This document shows, one piece after another, positions 34,743-48,175 of a stretch of DNA of 64,000 nt. The stretch comes from Tubulanus polymorphus (taxonomy: Eukaryota > Animalia > Nemertea): positions 8,960,485-9,024,484 of the forward strand of contig NC_134027.1 in the NCBI RefSeq assembly GCF_964204645.1, in the 5' to 3' direction. The translations under genes were made by a program, and so were the position numbers. The notes under the pieces were generated by a model. That model was not told the DNA's origin. It ran no database searches and saw only the letters and a program-made list of their open reading frames with translations. The stretch's first letter is position 1. Every line of letters begins with the position of its first letter.

Positions 34743-36413
34743 TTTTTGTTATGTAAACACATCTCGAGTCAGCTTGAATCGCATGCCACTCCGATTGAGA
34801 ACTGATGTACGCGGCATTTTCCACGGCAGCTCGGCGCGATCCTTCAAAAAATGTGCGTAATTGTCGACGATATGAATGAGTGTTTTTCGCTCATAAATAT
34901 TCCTATTGGACTCGATGATCAAGTTGGCCATCAATACGTTATTTATTTCAGCTTGCCGCCGTGCTATTCATCAGCTTATCAACAAGCCCCTGCTGGCTTG
35001 AAAATGTCACCGCGGCGTTTTCTATCGAATTTACCTGCGATAAATGTTTTCTTTCGTCCCTCGTTAATAGCGACTAATTTATGACTTCATTGTTGTCCGT
35101 GATGCTGTTACGATCGCTGTGTACTTAACCCAATTTGTCGGGTCAAACTGTAACGTCCCGCTGGGTAAGTGCGGGCCTATTTTGCCAGCATTTTTATGCA
35201 ATCATTTTAATGTATTTGCATAATGAAATATTCTGCCTCTGTCCACAATTTATCACGTCGATTTATCGTGGAACATCAGGAAAAAGCAACCACCACGTTG
35301 TTAAATGCCTTGCGCTGAATACGTGTAGAATGATATATACCGAAATTTAGGACTTATCGTTTATTTCGGGCGATTCATTCGTCAAGTTTAGGTTAGTCAA
35401 AAGAGATATATAACGTTTGAACCATACCTGGATGTTTACGTTTCATCTAAAGGTACCGCTGATGATGGCCAAGGCATGATCACCTGTCGCGCGAGTGGTA
35501 ATTGCATTGCCATATGGTTGATATTTATGATGGCTAAAGCGTCATCCTCTATTCCGTTGTCAAAGCTGTTTCTTTTGGGAGGAAAACCAGTCACGTCTCG
35601 TCATGTTGTCGCTACTTAAGCGCGACGTGTTCTCTGATGTCAAGTCTGGGGGTGTTTTGTTTGGTCTATGGTATTCGTAAATATTGAACTTCATTCGAAC
35701 AATTGAAATGTTGTCTTTGAAGTTCCTTCAAGACAGATCTTTAAGACGAACAAAGAATTTGCCAAATGAATTATAAAATCCAGTCCAAAAATATGACTCA
35801 GGAACAGTTGTTAATTTTGTTGGGTAATTAAAAAAACCAACAACGCATTATGTAAATGGCTTGGCTCAAACTGTTCAAAAGAAATAAATCCTTCGCTCTT
35901 GAGGAAATGAAGTGATGGATGACACATGGACAACTTGAATATGCAATGGATTAGGAAGGATGGTAGGTATATTGTCCCTGTGCTTAGCTTAAGTCATCCC
36001 ATTTCCAGGAAAACTATTTTCCATTTTTTCAACGTCCTGAGATCAGTAGGCCCGTTGAAGGAGGGTTGCCTGAGGAATATATTGCGAAAGCAGCGAGCAA
36101 TCGTCGAGATTATTGTACATCGGCTTTGTTTCAGCAATTACGATACATGTAATCAAGATGAAGTCGTGAATGAAAGCTAGATGTGCCAACTAACTGCGCT
36201 GATATATATCTGTTTTATGAAGTTGTCGCAAACAGTGTCTTCTCCCAGCGTTGGACCATTGCCATTTGTACAAGCATCAATTTCACCATTGTCATAGACC
36301 GAGTTACACTGATCCGATTCTATGTGAGGAGATAAAGAGGAAAAACTTTCCATAAGATGTCTAAATAGAGGCTAAAAGTTTACAGAGTGCAATAAGATGA
36401 AGGAAAAAATTAT

Positions 36414-36838
36414 AGCCGCGTTCACACTAGATTCAGCGCTTACAAAGTACCGTACTTCGCTGTCGCCAAATTCACCAAAATACGGCGCTTACACAGCCAT
36501 TTAGGTTCACACTACGAGTCGCGATTCGGCACTTAGTAAGCCCAGTATAGTAGTCACCCAGTGTGCCAATAGAGGGAAGTGTAATTAGTGCTAAGTGTTT
36601 TGTACTACTAGGATGTGAATACGCGGCTAGCTAAGCGCCAAATCTGCGTTCACACTGAAGAAAATACGCGGCCAGCTCAGTTCCGTACTGAGATCGGGTT
36701 TTCGGCACGGAATCGCATTCCGCGTTTAATCAGCCGCGTATTTCAGTACGGAACTGAATAAGCCGCGAAAACAGGCCTCGAATAATTTCCTAGTGTGAAC
36801 GCTTAGTACCGTACTGAAATCCTAGTGTGAACGCAGCT
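36414..36838. mobile_element. Harbinger-like MITE family B, full-length 425 bp
   Basis: agccgcgttcacactag ... ctagtgtgaacgcagct TIR (1 mismatch); internal gttcacact/agtgtgaac subterminal repeats. Confidence 0.88.
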
Positions 36839-39800
36839 AATATCTATCAACAGGGCTAAGCCATAAAATAAGGGTATTTCTTTTTTATCTTCCATCTTTT
36901 TACAACACTGTAAAATTAGGATACCCCTTCTCTATCTGCCATTTCTATCGAACTCTTATGTAAACTGAGCCTCCATTTCAACGACTTATCTTAGCTTATC
37001 CTCCACTTTATGCATGTCTTCATCTTTATACGTGAGTGGAGTACAGAGTTATCAAAAATTTTGATTATTGTTCGAAGCTTTTTATGTATTCTGTTCCGAG
37101 TATTCCATTACCGTGCACCACGTGACGTCTGAATTATGCGTTTGTACACAAATTCATGAAAACAAATAGGAACTTTTGGTTTATACCATGAGATAAAATG
37201 CGGTACGTGACTTAGTTTTTGGCTACGATGATTCATTCAGATTCATAGCAACTGTTCAGTGTTGTGACATGTCCACGACGCCGGTCTAGAAGAACCCTGG
37301 AACGTTTAACTTCTATCAGCTCATATCTTAGCGATAGGTATATTTTTCCAGCTGATCAAACTTAGCTTGCTTGTTCAGGGAGGAATTGAATTGTGGTTCA
37401 GGTAAAATGATCTTAGAGTGCGCTTTTTTTAAGCGACCAGTACGTGACTGGCTTCTGTCTAGAAAACAAAACCCCTCTGAAAACACGTCCCTGGGTAACA
37501 GCCTTTCAGGGTTAACAATGACCAGCTGCATTTGCTACTAAAACTGTTGACTTTCAGGGTCTGTCATTGCAGAAGTTGACAAATGGGAGTTGTATTTGTG
37601 TTGTATGGATGACAGGTTGCTGGATAATGGCAAACAGTTTATTAGTCAATATCGTCTGAGGTTCTTTTTTTCACTTCCGCCTTATACTGCGTTCCATCAA
37701 GTCATCGAGCCCTATCCAATCGGGATATCATTCTTGCCATTTTCAAGAGAAAAATCTTGTAAGAGTCTTTCTAGTCCGCTGTAGACAAGTTTTTCTGTAA
37801 ATCCTAGCCGCACAATCAGAAATTCCCAATGTGAAAACGTTAGAATTTGTTATATAATCCGAATTTTCGGTTTTTCACATTTCATTTTCAATTGAGCTAG
37901 CGCCGGATGTTGAAGTCATTACCAGTCGATGGGCCCTGGGTCCAGTTTAAAAAAAAAAGTTTAACTCAAATTTTTGGTGTAATTGCTTTTGGACACTTCA
38001 TGTTTTACGATGAGGACAACAATTCCATTTTCGGCTTACACTTTTTCGTGAACCTGGGCCTGGGTGATTTTCAATGCTCACAGAAACTTTTCAATTCTAT
38101 ATAAAACCTCTGACTGGTTTGATTAATCTGCTACACACACAGCCATCATTCACTATTTACAGCTACTTAATTAATTAATTAATTAATGAATCGTTATAAG
38201 TAGGCATTGTTGATTAGTTCCGTCCGAGAGAACCGGTGACCTCTTCTTCGTTCGTGTCATCACATCATGTTCGTGACATTCTCACGGGCAACGAGTCCCT
38301 AACTCGCGTTAGTGCGTCGATGTAAATGGCAATTCACTTATCGTTGCGTCGCCCCGCAAGTGGGAAATAGTTGTAAAAACCTATAATATAACATATCGTT
38401 GGTGTCGTGTGGCATTGCCACTCCATTACTGTTCTACAATTTACGTTTCTGTGATTAAACGCACTCGCTTAACTTATAGCTCCTCGTGTTCTAGAATCAA
38501 TACGAGACAACATTTTCAACTTCGGCAGCTTCGTCGATGAAGCTTCTCGGTGAATTACAACTCGCGTCATTCGAAAAACAAAGCAGCTGGACACGCAATA
38601 CAGGACTTGTGTCGATCGAAAGTATTAAATATCGTGTGGAATTGACAATTTAACATGTCGTTAATTGCGCAGTCGTATTTCGATAAGTCTGAGAAACGTC
38701 TGAAAAAAATTAGCGATCTGTCGTTGCGCGGTTTATAGCTCGATCGTGATATGGGTGATAGATTGCCGTGAAAGATGAATATCTGTCAATATCGTCTCTT
38801 AGCTAGCTATGACAGATCAGCGGTCTGCTGTACGAAAAACTCGAAAAACGCAATTATTCCGTTCATCAATTTGGCAATTTCAAATAAGCGATGTATGTTC
38901 AGTTGCGAATTGAAAATTGTCGGACCTTGGCAGAACGCTATGGAAATCTAACCGTATCTGTTGAAAAAAAGCACAGGGGCTTGAGTGGGTATGAAACAGT
39001 ATCAATGAACAACTGCAGTTTCCCTGCATAACAAAAACAAAGCAAGGGTGGCAACTAATCATCAATCTGAATATTACCTCTCCTGCAATTGACTGCAATT
39101 CTAAAGATTCTCAACCGATTCACATGAAATACAAACTAGAAGACATTCTACCACAAAGAGTCTGTAAACATCGCTGTACAATAATTATCTCACAACGAAA
39201 TGGCCATTTTTTATGAGAATAGCTCAAAACCGTTTATATGGAGGCGACAGTAAAATGGCGGTTTTATTCACTTAAAACAACGATCTTAGAGATGACCATA
39301 AAAAAACTATGACAACTTCACAAGTGTGATTGAAAGTTCTAATGTAGCTGCCTTTTTCTTTGAAAAGGTGTTAAAATGTCCTTATAGAATCCTATGAACC
39401 GAAGGGTTTTCTTGACAAAGAACAATGTTCTGACAACTGATATTCACCTGAATTTGGAATTTTCCACTCTCTGTAGATTCTTCCTATTGTAAAGTACATC
39501 AGCATCAGTTAAGTGTTCGAAGCAGAATCACGTTATAGCTCGCAGTCAGTTCAATTATTTTTCTGAATGCACTCATCATTTGAATGTGCTTGTTCGTTGA
39601 AGAGATATATCTCTAACAGATGCTACCGAGCTGTCGGCCTCATCCTTTTACTATGTCAGTTACCAATTTCTCGGCGATTGCATTTCAATTCTAATTTCCT
39701 TCAAACGCGATCGAGCGCAGATTGCAGATGTCCGATGAAAAAAGTGAGCGGTCTATTTCGAAACTTAAGATATGCCAATGCAATTTAAGATTACTGACAG

Positions 39801-40064
39801 CATTTACGCTTGCTTTCACATTAATTCACAATGATATCCTTTTTAAGCTTTGACTTTTTTGTGAATGAAATGATATCATTAGTAACTGACTAAAGTACGT
39901 TCCCACTATGTTATCTGGACCTATGTCATTTGGAATGGTCTAAATTTGGTCCGTTCCAATTTAGTACCATTCAAGCGTTCACACGAATGAAAAGTCGGAT
40001 CCAAATTGGTTCATTCCATTCGAACACCGATCCTAGTCCGTAATGAATTTTGGAATGGAATAAA

Positions 40065-40310
40065 TGTTGGGTTTGGTTGGTTGTTGGGTTGAGTTGGTTG
40101 GTTAATTGGTTGGATTGGTGGGTTGAGTTGGTGGGTTGTTTGGTTGGGGGGTCGGTTTGGTGGGTTGAGTTGAGTTGGTGGGTTGGGTTAGGTTGGTTGG
40201 TTTGGTGGGTTGGGTTGGTTGGTGTGTTGGTTTGGTGGGTTTGGTTGGTTGATAGGTTGGTTTGGTGGGTTGGATGGTTGGTCTGGTCGATGGGTCGGTT
40301 GGTTGGATGT
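40065..40310. repeat. (TGGT/GGTT)n-like degenerate microsatellite
   Basis: Continuous G/T tract. Explains the Trp/Val-rich and Gln/Pro/Asn-rich ORFs at 39971-40416. Confidence 0.92.
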
Positions 40311-40950
40311 GTGTGCTTGCGCGGAGACAGAAACTGGTTCAAGGTCCATACTAAATGGTATTCTGCGATATGAATTGAATTGTAATAAACTTGTCACTAA
40401 TTTGTCATCCAGCTGATTGATATAGTTTTCAGATTTCAGATAATTTGCTAGAATTTAACATAGATTGATATATCCAGATACATGTATATGATAAACTGCA
40501 GTCATCAAAATTTCTTTAATAAACAACAGCCAGGGACTCAAATCTATCTTTTAGATATAAATTTCAGGGAAAATTCTCATTATCGCCATTTAACAATCAA
40601 ACTTATATTCCATATTTTATATGAATCCCAACTCTTTCTGACAGTCTAATTATAGTCTTTATTAAAACTGTACAGGATCCATACACTCGGCACTAATCAC
40701 TGGCTTTCTGGCGAACCGTTGAAAATGCAGTTTTTATTGAAAATGAGCTGAATGGACCATCAAAATTTTAAATTTTTTCATTTGTGCTAATTTGGCATCA
40801 GACCACTAATGACTTAAGTACCCAGTCTGATTAATTGTGCAATATGATTTTCCCCTTTTTTTCTTTTTGGCAAAGTGTCGAATACCATATGGGTGTAGAT
40901 GTCTGTTGAATATGTGGAATTAATCAAATCATTGTATGGTCTATGCTTGT

Positions 40951-41148
40951 TCTGGATCCCGTGGAATATGGTGACTCCATCTGCAATAGTTTTTCTGGAC
41001 CTTGTGGAATATGGTCACTCCATCTGCAATAGTTTTTCTCGACCCTGTGGAATATGGTCACTCCATTTTCAATAGTTTTTCTGGACCCTGTGGAATATGG
41101 TAACTCCATCTCCAATAGTTTTTCTGGACCCTGTGGAATATGGCGACC
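40951..41148. repeat. 43-bp tandem minisatellite, ~4.5 copies
   Basis: gtggaatatgg recurs at 40961, 41004, 41047, 41090 and 41133. Unit ggaccctgtggaatatggtcactccatctgcaatagtttttct; partial monomer also near 48187. Confidence 0.93.
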
Positions 41149-42278
41149 TCTTTTTTTGCAGTTGAAAAATATTGTTAACTGTCAGTGATTTTCGGTATAT
41201 TTGCTTGTTCAATACGCTAATAATCAGCTTACTCTGACTAAATATCTGAGATAAATGAATCTGAAAACAGAACAGAGATCGACAAAAAGTTCAAAATTGA
41301 TTTTTCTTTAGAGTAATGAGCCACGCATATCTATAAAACTGATGACAACCGTATTATGGAAACCAGCAGGATGTTAACTAGGCTGTCGATGCTGGTACTG
41401 CGTACTGTTATTAAAAATGCAGTTGTTAGTGTCATTTTCTGATTGAGGGTGTCTCTTACTACGCAAATAATTATAGCCGTCTATTGATCTCGAGCTTCTG
41501 TCTGGATTTTGTGAATTTTATGACTTTCTCGGACTAACTATTCGACTTTGTCAATTCCAATTGTCTTTAAATGGTCGGATGATGGACATGCCGTGTAATG
41601 CCATGGAGGACGTAATAACCAGGGCCGGATTTGCAGGGTACGCGCTCCCTTTTTAGGATCTAGTGTTGCTGGAAATAAAATTGGATCTCAATCCATGGCG
41701 TAACCGCAAATAATCTTTTTGACAATAATCAATTGAAATGCAGGGAATGCCATCTAAAAGTGTAGATTTTAAACTTTTTTTGACTCGGACCCTCCTCCCT
41801 TTGCAAGTCTGTGCGAAAAAAAATGTCTTTTTATTTAAAGTGCGCCCTCCCCCTTAGTCATCTTCACGTAGGGCCACGAGGGTCTGTTCATCTCATCAGT
41901 ACAGATTATTATGTTATTTTTCTCATCGGCCACAATTATGAATTTGGTCGGATAGAGATCTGTTACGGATATCGGTTTTGATGAAATATCTTAAAGAAGT
42001 TACGATTAGGTATAATCATGCGATGTATGACATATGTCTGTTGATGTATGACATGTCTGTTGATAAAGCTGTAATCCGCGTTAGATTAGATATGTTATTA
42101 AATCAATATTAGGTATCTTATCAGCGGATTGTGTTGATTTAATGACAGATTACGGGCTAAAGATGCAGATCAGACCACTCAATTGAAGCCGGAATTGGAA
42201 TTATTGAGATTTAGCGAAATAAAATGTGGGTGGTTCTAATAATCTGGCGGCTCAATTTCGCGACAGAAAAATGTCCAT

Positions 42279-43580
42279 TGCCGCGAACACACAGAGACGA
42301 TAAGGCACCCGAGTCAAATTTGGCCTGTGCCTAATTGGAGAGAGAGTGCATTCGCATGACCTAAACCATGGACTCTAAAACGAATGCCTAAACATATTGA
42401 ATGACTGGCTTATCGCTAATAAACTAACCCCTAATCTGAACAAAACTAAATATATCATATTTCATAATTATCAGAGAAGACCATTCATAAACCACATACA
42501 ACAAATCAAAATAGGCAACTTTGAACTTGAAAGAGTAAAACAAATAGATTTCCTCGGCTTGACAATACATGAAAATCTGAACTGGAAACCACATATCGAC
42601 AAAATACACAAGAAAATTTCACAAATTACTGGTATCATAAACAAAACTAAAAACATCCTAGACACACAAAATTTACTTTCTCTTTACCACACCTTAGTCT
42701 ATCCTCATTTGAACTCTGGCTTGTTGGCTTGGGGCCACTCGCCTTATAATAAAAAATGCCTCCTAATCCAAAAGAAGATTGTTCGAATAATCACCAACTC
42801 TAAGTACACTGCACACACAGACCCACTTTTAAAAAATCTTGAAATCCTCAAAATCAATGATGTCCTCATCCTTAAAACTGCACTTTTTATTCAAAACACC
42901 ATCAAATCTTCACCCCATTACTTTTCTAATTACTTCACCGCGGAAAACTTATCTCCTTTAGTCAACATCAGAAAAAGCATATATTTAGACCACGCATATT
43001 CTTTATTTTCAAAACAAACACCGCCAACCCCGCATCAAAATTCACCTCAAAACATTCTTTCAAACATCTGGCAAAAACTACCTTTTTCTAATGACATCCT
43101 ACAAACAAGCAAACAAAATTTAAAACGTAAACTCAGACCATATCTCACCTCCGCCTACAATGATATCCATGTAATAACCCTAATTGTTATAATTGCTCAC
43201 TCTCCTGAACCCTCTAGCTTACTCATATAAACTCTCCTGAAATTATCAAAAATCATCAACTTTCATTTCCTTCCCCTTTATTTCTTCATTTCCCTTTCGT
43301 TTTTTTTCCCTGGGTGCTTGCGACTGCGGCCTAAAGGCTTTGCTTGGCCCACACTGAAAGCTACTGTTCTCTCTCTCTTTTTATAATTGTGCTTTGTTTA
43401 AAAAAATTGTAAATTTTATTGTTTGTTTTCTCTCAACCTGTGTACATAGCCTGTCATGCTTTCTGTGAAATAAATTTGAACTTGAACTTGAACTTGAACA
43501 TAACCACTTAATCGATACTTAACAATGCTTAAAAAAGGCGAAGCAAGGAATATAGCAATTCACACGCCATAATTTGAGCC
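42279..43580 (+). mobile_element. MITE family A copy split by a LINE (arms ~42279-42369 and ~43500-43580)
   Basis: Left arm gccgcgaacacacagagacg..gtcaaatttggcctgtgcctaatt..gagagtgcattc. After the LINE tail, aaccacttaatcgatacttaacaatgcttaaa..gcgaag continues the family-A consensus. Confidence 0.75.
42370..43499 (+). mobile_element. 5'-truncated non-LTR retrotransposon (CR1/L2 group), RT C-terminal region, 3' UTR and (TTGAAC)4 tail
   Basis: ORF 42397..43230: WLIANKLTPNLNKTKYIIF, FLGLTIHENLNWKPHI, LYHTLVYPHL..GLLAWG, QKKIVRIIT..HTDPLLKNLEIL. AATAAA at 43469, then ttgaac x4 at 43476-43499. Confidence 0.92.
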
Positions 43581-44295
43581 GAGATTCTGAATTAACTGAA
43601 CTGATCGCCAAATCGCTTGATTCGCCGCTATAGAACTCCAAAAAAATCGCTCGGAGTTTGATCGGACACATAAATCTAGAAACAATCATGGCATCTTAAA
43701 TGCTGCACCCAAGGGGAAACCTGATAAACATTACTTCCAATGCATAGAATATGAAACAAGAAATGGAGTTTATCGAAGTTTGACACGATGTTGTTGTTGC
43801 GTAATCATGGTACTTCAGTCGGAATGTCCCAAAAATGAATGAGTGAAGATCATTTTTGTCCATTTGCGCATCAGTTCATCCATCATCTGTTGCTTTCCGA
43901 TCGAAAAAAAGAAATATTACGCGATCTGGTGAATTTTTGATGCGGCTGTGGACAGAAGTCGGCATGCACTTTCTCGATTGGTTCCTCGATTGAAATTCAG
44001 ATGATTAGCGCCACACACTAGCTTCTTAGACTTCGCGAAGTTCATCGAAATTATGGTAAACAATTTCTGCTTCATCCGCACGTTGCTGACGGTGGATTTA
44101 TCAGGAGAGCCCACCTGCGGTGAATTCATCAGATATCTTGGAAATGTCGCCGATAAAAAATTCCATTGAATCGAAATAGAATTTGTATTTTTCTGCCATT
44201 CTCGTGTGCGTTGAGATAGCTATTCTAATGGGAATGGTTTGTCTCTGATAAACCTTTTGAATTTTTAAATGATTCTTGCTCTTAGAGAAACTTTT

Positions 44296-44543
44296 ACCGC
44301 GATCACACAAATTTGGCCCGTGCCTAATTAGAGAGCGCATATGCAGGTAAACCATTCATTTGATGCTAAACAATGCTCTAACATTTCCTGGGTCCAGTTC
44401 CACAGTTCCGAGTTAAGATTTGACCCTGGGTTAAAACATTGAAAATGAACTAACTTTAACTCAGAGTTAACTCTAACTCACAACTGTGGAACTGGGTCCT
44501 GAACTTTGTTCGCAATTCGAAATGACCCTGGCTAGAGTTTGGC
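44296..44543 (+). mobile_element. MITE family A fragment interrupted by a 108-bp MITE
   Basis: accgcgatcacacaaatttggcccgtgcctaattagagagcgc...catttc, then after the insertion aactttgttcgcaattc..tgaccc..gtttggc. Confidence 0.7.
44391..44498. mobile_element. Small MITE with CTG TSD (Harbinger-like)
   Basis: ggtccagttccacagtt ... aactgtggaactgggtc TIRs; CTG on both sides (44388-44390, 44499-44501); degenerate relative at ~60170-60280. Confidence 0.8.
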
Positions 44544-45118
44544 TCGCGCTAATATCTGATTGGCTAATAATGACATCATTTAAGCTGCGCACTCGGTCAA
44601 GCGTGGCAGGGATTTCGTACCATGGCAATCTCGATGCCATCAGGTTCGAATCCCTGCCGGGGGAGGATGGGCGTTTTCGGTTTGGCCAAACAGCCGTTTT
44701 GCACCCGTTTGACGTACGTTCCGCGACTAATTCTCGTGCGATGGCGGCTATCGTCGCCCACACTTGTTTTCGTTCCCTTACGATGGGGATTTTTTACATG
44801 AAGTACTACGAATAGATTGTTTTATTCGCGACCAACGGAACAGGTGATCTACTAGAGTCGAAGAGTTGGCGCTGATAATTGCGCTGTTACTGAATGCAGC
44901 GTCATGTTCGGTAAAGACTACGCGAAATTAGGTACAATTTTCTAATCGGTAATTGATACCGGTAAAACGGCCCTGAAAACATGACAGGCATGTTTGCTAA
45001 GTTGGATATCGGGGTTTCAGTCAATTCAGCCGGGGGTTTCCAGCGCTGAATTTATTAAACAAACAACTCATGGCTACATGGAGAGCAATTTTTGCAAAGT
45101 TTCCCCTGGCGTGACTAT

Positions 45119-45454
45119 AGCTGCGTTCGCACAGCGAATATTTGGCCTGTGCCAAATTGGCACGGATCAGGCCTGAGTCAAATTTGGTTCGTGCCTTAAT
45201 AGAAATAATTCACACGTAAACCACTCACTCGATTAGAGAGCGCGTTCACAGGCAAATCACCCACTCAATTCTAAACAATCTTTAAAAAAAAGCGAAGTGA
45301 GTCCCTTCTGGAACCAGTTGCAATTCACACACAATGATTTGACCCGTGCTTAAATTTGGCACAGGCCTGGTCCCACTTTTTTGGTCGGGCCAAATTGGCA
45401 TGGGCCTATTTGGCACCCGTGTGAACAGCCAAAGATGTTTCGTTGATCGCGGTT
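45119..45454 (+). mobile_element. Harbinger-like MITE family A copy with a short internal duplication
   Basis: agctgcgttcgcacag...gtgccaaattggcacggatcaggcc ... gttgatcgcggtt; the ttcacac..aaaccactcactc block occurs twice. Confidence 0.82.
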
Positions 45455-47851
45455 TATTTGACTTTTGGGAGATGAGGCTACAATGAGGACATGTCATTGA
45501 CGTATCGCATGTGGACAAGAATCGCGAGGTTACTCCCTCAACAAAGAGACATTTTGACCTGTGAAATGTGTTGACGTGATGGACTAAAGTTTGGGAAGAA
45601 ATCCCCATAATGATATCAAATGATACCCCATAGATACATTTCAGTTGGCAAAAATGATCGGTTCTATGATTGAATTTGGCATTCTTCGAAATAGTGACTT
45701 ATTTAGTTTATGAACTAAACAAATTAACTTAAACTAATCCTTAGCATTTTTTTGGAATTTGTTTATAATCAAGCGGATCTGGGGATATCAGTTGTTTAAG
45801 TTTAAACTGAATCTAGCTTTCATTAATTTGCACAGATTGATGAGTTTCGACACGCAAATATAAGATTATATTGTATGAAATTACTGTCATCCATTGCACG
45901 CTACCTCCAGTTCAGTACCGTGGAGAGATGAAAGATTACGCAATCCTGCGGTCTATTTATTTGGTGTCATTGTGGTCATTGTGATCAGCGAAAAAACATG
46001 AAAATGCTGCGTAAAAGCTGATTTCATCAGCATCAAATCAGGGAGATAAGGCGTGTTCGCACTATCAATTGTTAGACCGTTCTAAATGGGTGCGTACCTG
46101 GAACGCGCCAAATTTAGAACGGCCATATCAGAGTGTGTGTTCATGCACGCATGCTGCATTGGCTACAGAAAGCGATGACTGCCCCACAAGATATTGCCAT
46201 GAGCATTTTACCAAATTGGGCCTGGGCCAGAAATGCTTATGTGACTGTGGCTATTAAGGAGTTCAGCCCATGTTTTGCTTATCACCGGTCTTGGACATTA
46301 TACAGTTCATGGTCATGTGTAGAACGTAGTTCCTGAGTGTTTACATATTGATTTCTAGTAACTATTTGTTTGCGTTCGTGTAGTCTACTAGCTTCATCTT
46401 GCCGGGGATCTGCTATCTGTAGTTGACATGCTACTGCAGTTCGATTCACCCGCGGTTGTCGGAAACACGCACTCAGACAAAAGCAGTTTACCTGGGAGTT
46501 CGACGAGTTACAAAATGTATCGAAGCTTGAAGTAATCATTCTGACCAGATACCTCGAGATCAAAACGAATGGAACTCTCTTTCCATATCAATACTTGAAG
46601 CCATCAGTATGTAACCTTGACCAATATGTGACATTGGCATGATGTTAGGACAATATTAAACGGTAATTGCTGTTCAATGTTTGATGAGTTGTTTATCCAA
46701 TCTGATATATCACTGCCTTATTGCTTTTATCAATTCGGTCCACTCTATACTTGCTGCCTGCTGGTACGCATTCGAAATAAGAAAACACTTCTTTTTGTTC
46801 AATCGTAGGAGTATAAGCTGCGATCACGCGATTGGTCCTATTGATTACGATGAAACCACACAAAAGATGCACTTTTTTAGACAGGTCTTGACATGTACGT
46901 CAGAATCTTCATTCGATAGAATTTGCCATCTCGCATGGGCCAGGTCGCAATTTGTCGTGTCTTGATTGGCTAAATTCCGAGAAGTTGCTAAAAAATTGTC
47001 GAAATACGTGTAAAACAAGTCCCAGTTTTTAGTCGTCGTGACTGACAGGACATGTTGAGACAGACAACAATTTTTATCGTCTAAATGTTGTCCATTGCCT
47101 GGACTCTGCTTTTTTCTGTCCTGATTCTGGATCAAGGCACTTTCCTCGCATGATACCGCGTGCTTCACTGTTTGACCGCTCTATACGTTAGGCAATTGGT
47201 CACGCCGGCTTTGTTAATTGTGTCGAAGCCGGCGGCTGTATTTTCCGCCGCTCGCATCATCAACGTCGACCTCCATAAATGTCAAAATCATCTTCAGCAA
47301 GCCCGCACTCCACACAAACATATCATTTTCATCAACTAGGCTCCATTAAATAACGGCACTTTCACCTTTGGCTTAAAGGATAAAAAATGACACATCTCAG
47401 ATATTCTTGACATATGCATTTAGAATTGCCGTCATCAATTAAGTAGCGTATTTGAGCCGTTGATATCCTTCAAAATCAGAAATCTGAAGATATCTTTAAA
47501 ATTCAGTTATATTTTCAGTTATCGGACCTCCGTTATGAGCTCCTGTCTGTGTACTATCCGTGTGTTTGTCTTTCATATACTTTTTTCAGGGGAGGAACCT
47601 CATTATTGGCCCTAGATACAACATGTCCAAAATGCAGTGAGAACTAACACATGGTAATTTCGGGGTTCCAGATTAGAGTCTGAACCTGGAAACAGTTGTC
47701 GCCTGTGTCTTGTCACTCATGAACTCGTGAGGATGCTGTAAGTCGGTGTATCGACGCTGATACTCGCAGACATTCGTATGACTGGTAACAACTCAAGTGC
47801 AATGTTACGAAAGGCATCGATGCCAGATTGATCTGAGCCGGGCTTTGCATA

Positions 47852-48175
47852 AGCTGCGTTCACTTTGGCCCGAATCAGGTCCGAGTGAAATTTGGCACGT
47901 ACCTAATTAGAGAGCGCGTTTATATGAAAACCACTCACTCGATACTAAATGCTTAAACAAAGTGAGTCACTTCTGGAACCCGTAGCAATTCACCCGTAAT
48001 AATTTGACCCTTGCTTAAATTTGGCCAGGGCCCAGTTCAATGTTTTTGGTCAGGCCAAACAGGCACAGGCCCATTTGGCACCTGTGCAAAAAGTTGTTGC
48101 GGGACTAATTTGTCACAGGCCAAATTTGGCCGGACCAAAAATGTTTGTCTCAAAAAGGTTTGTGTGATCACAGCT
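47852..48175 (+). mobile_element. Harbinger-like MITE family A copy
   Basis: agctgcgttcac...cctaattagagagcgcgtt ... tgtgtgatcacagct. Confidence 0.82.

Noticed and set aside
39971-40416. Trp/Val-rich and Gln/Pro/Asn/Thr-rich ORFs
   Set aside because: Translations of a (TGGT)n-like microsatellite.
40951-41148. 43-bp repeats as a CRISPR array
   Set aside because: Contiguous tandem units without variable spacers.
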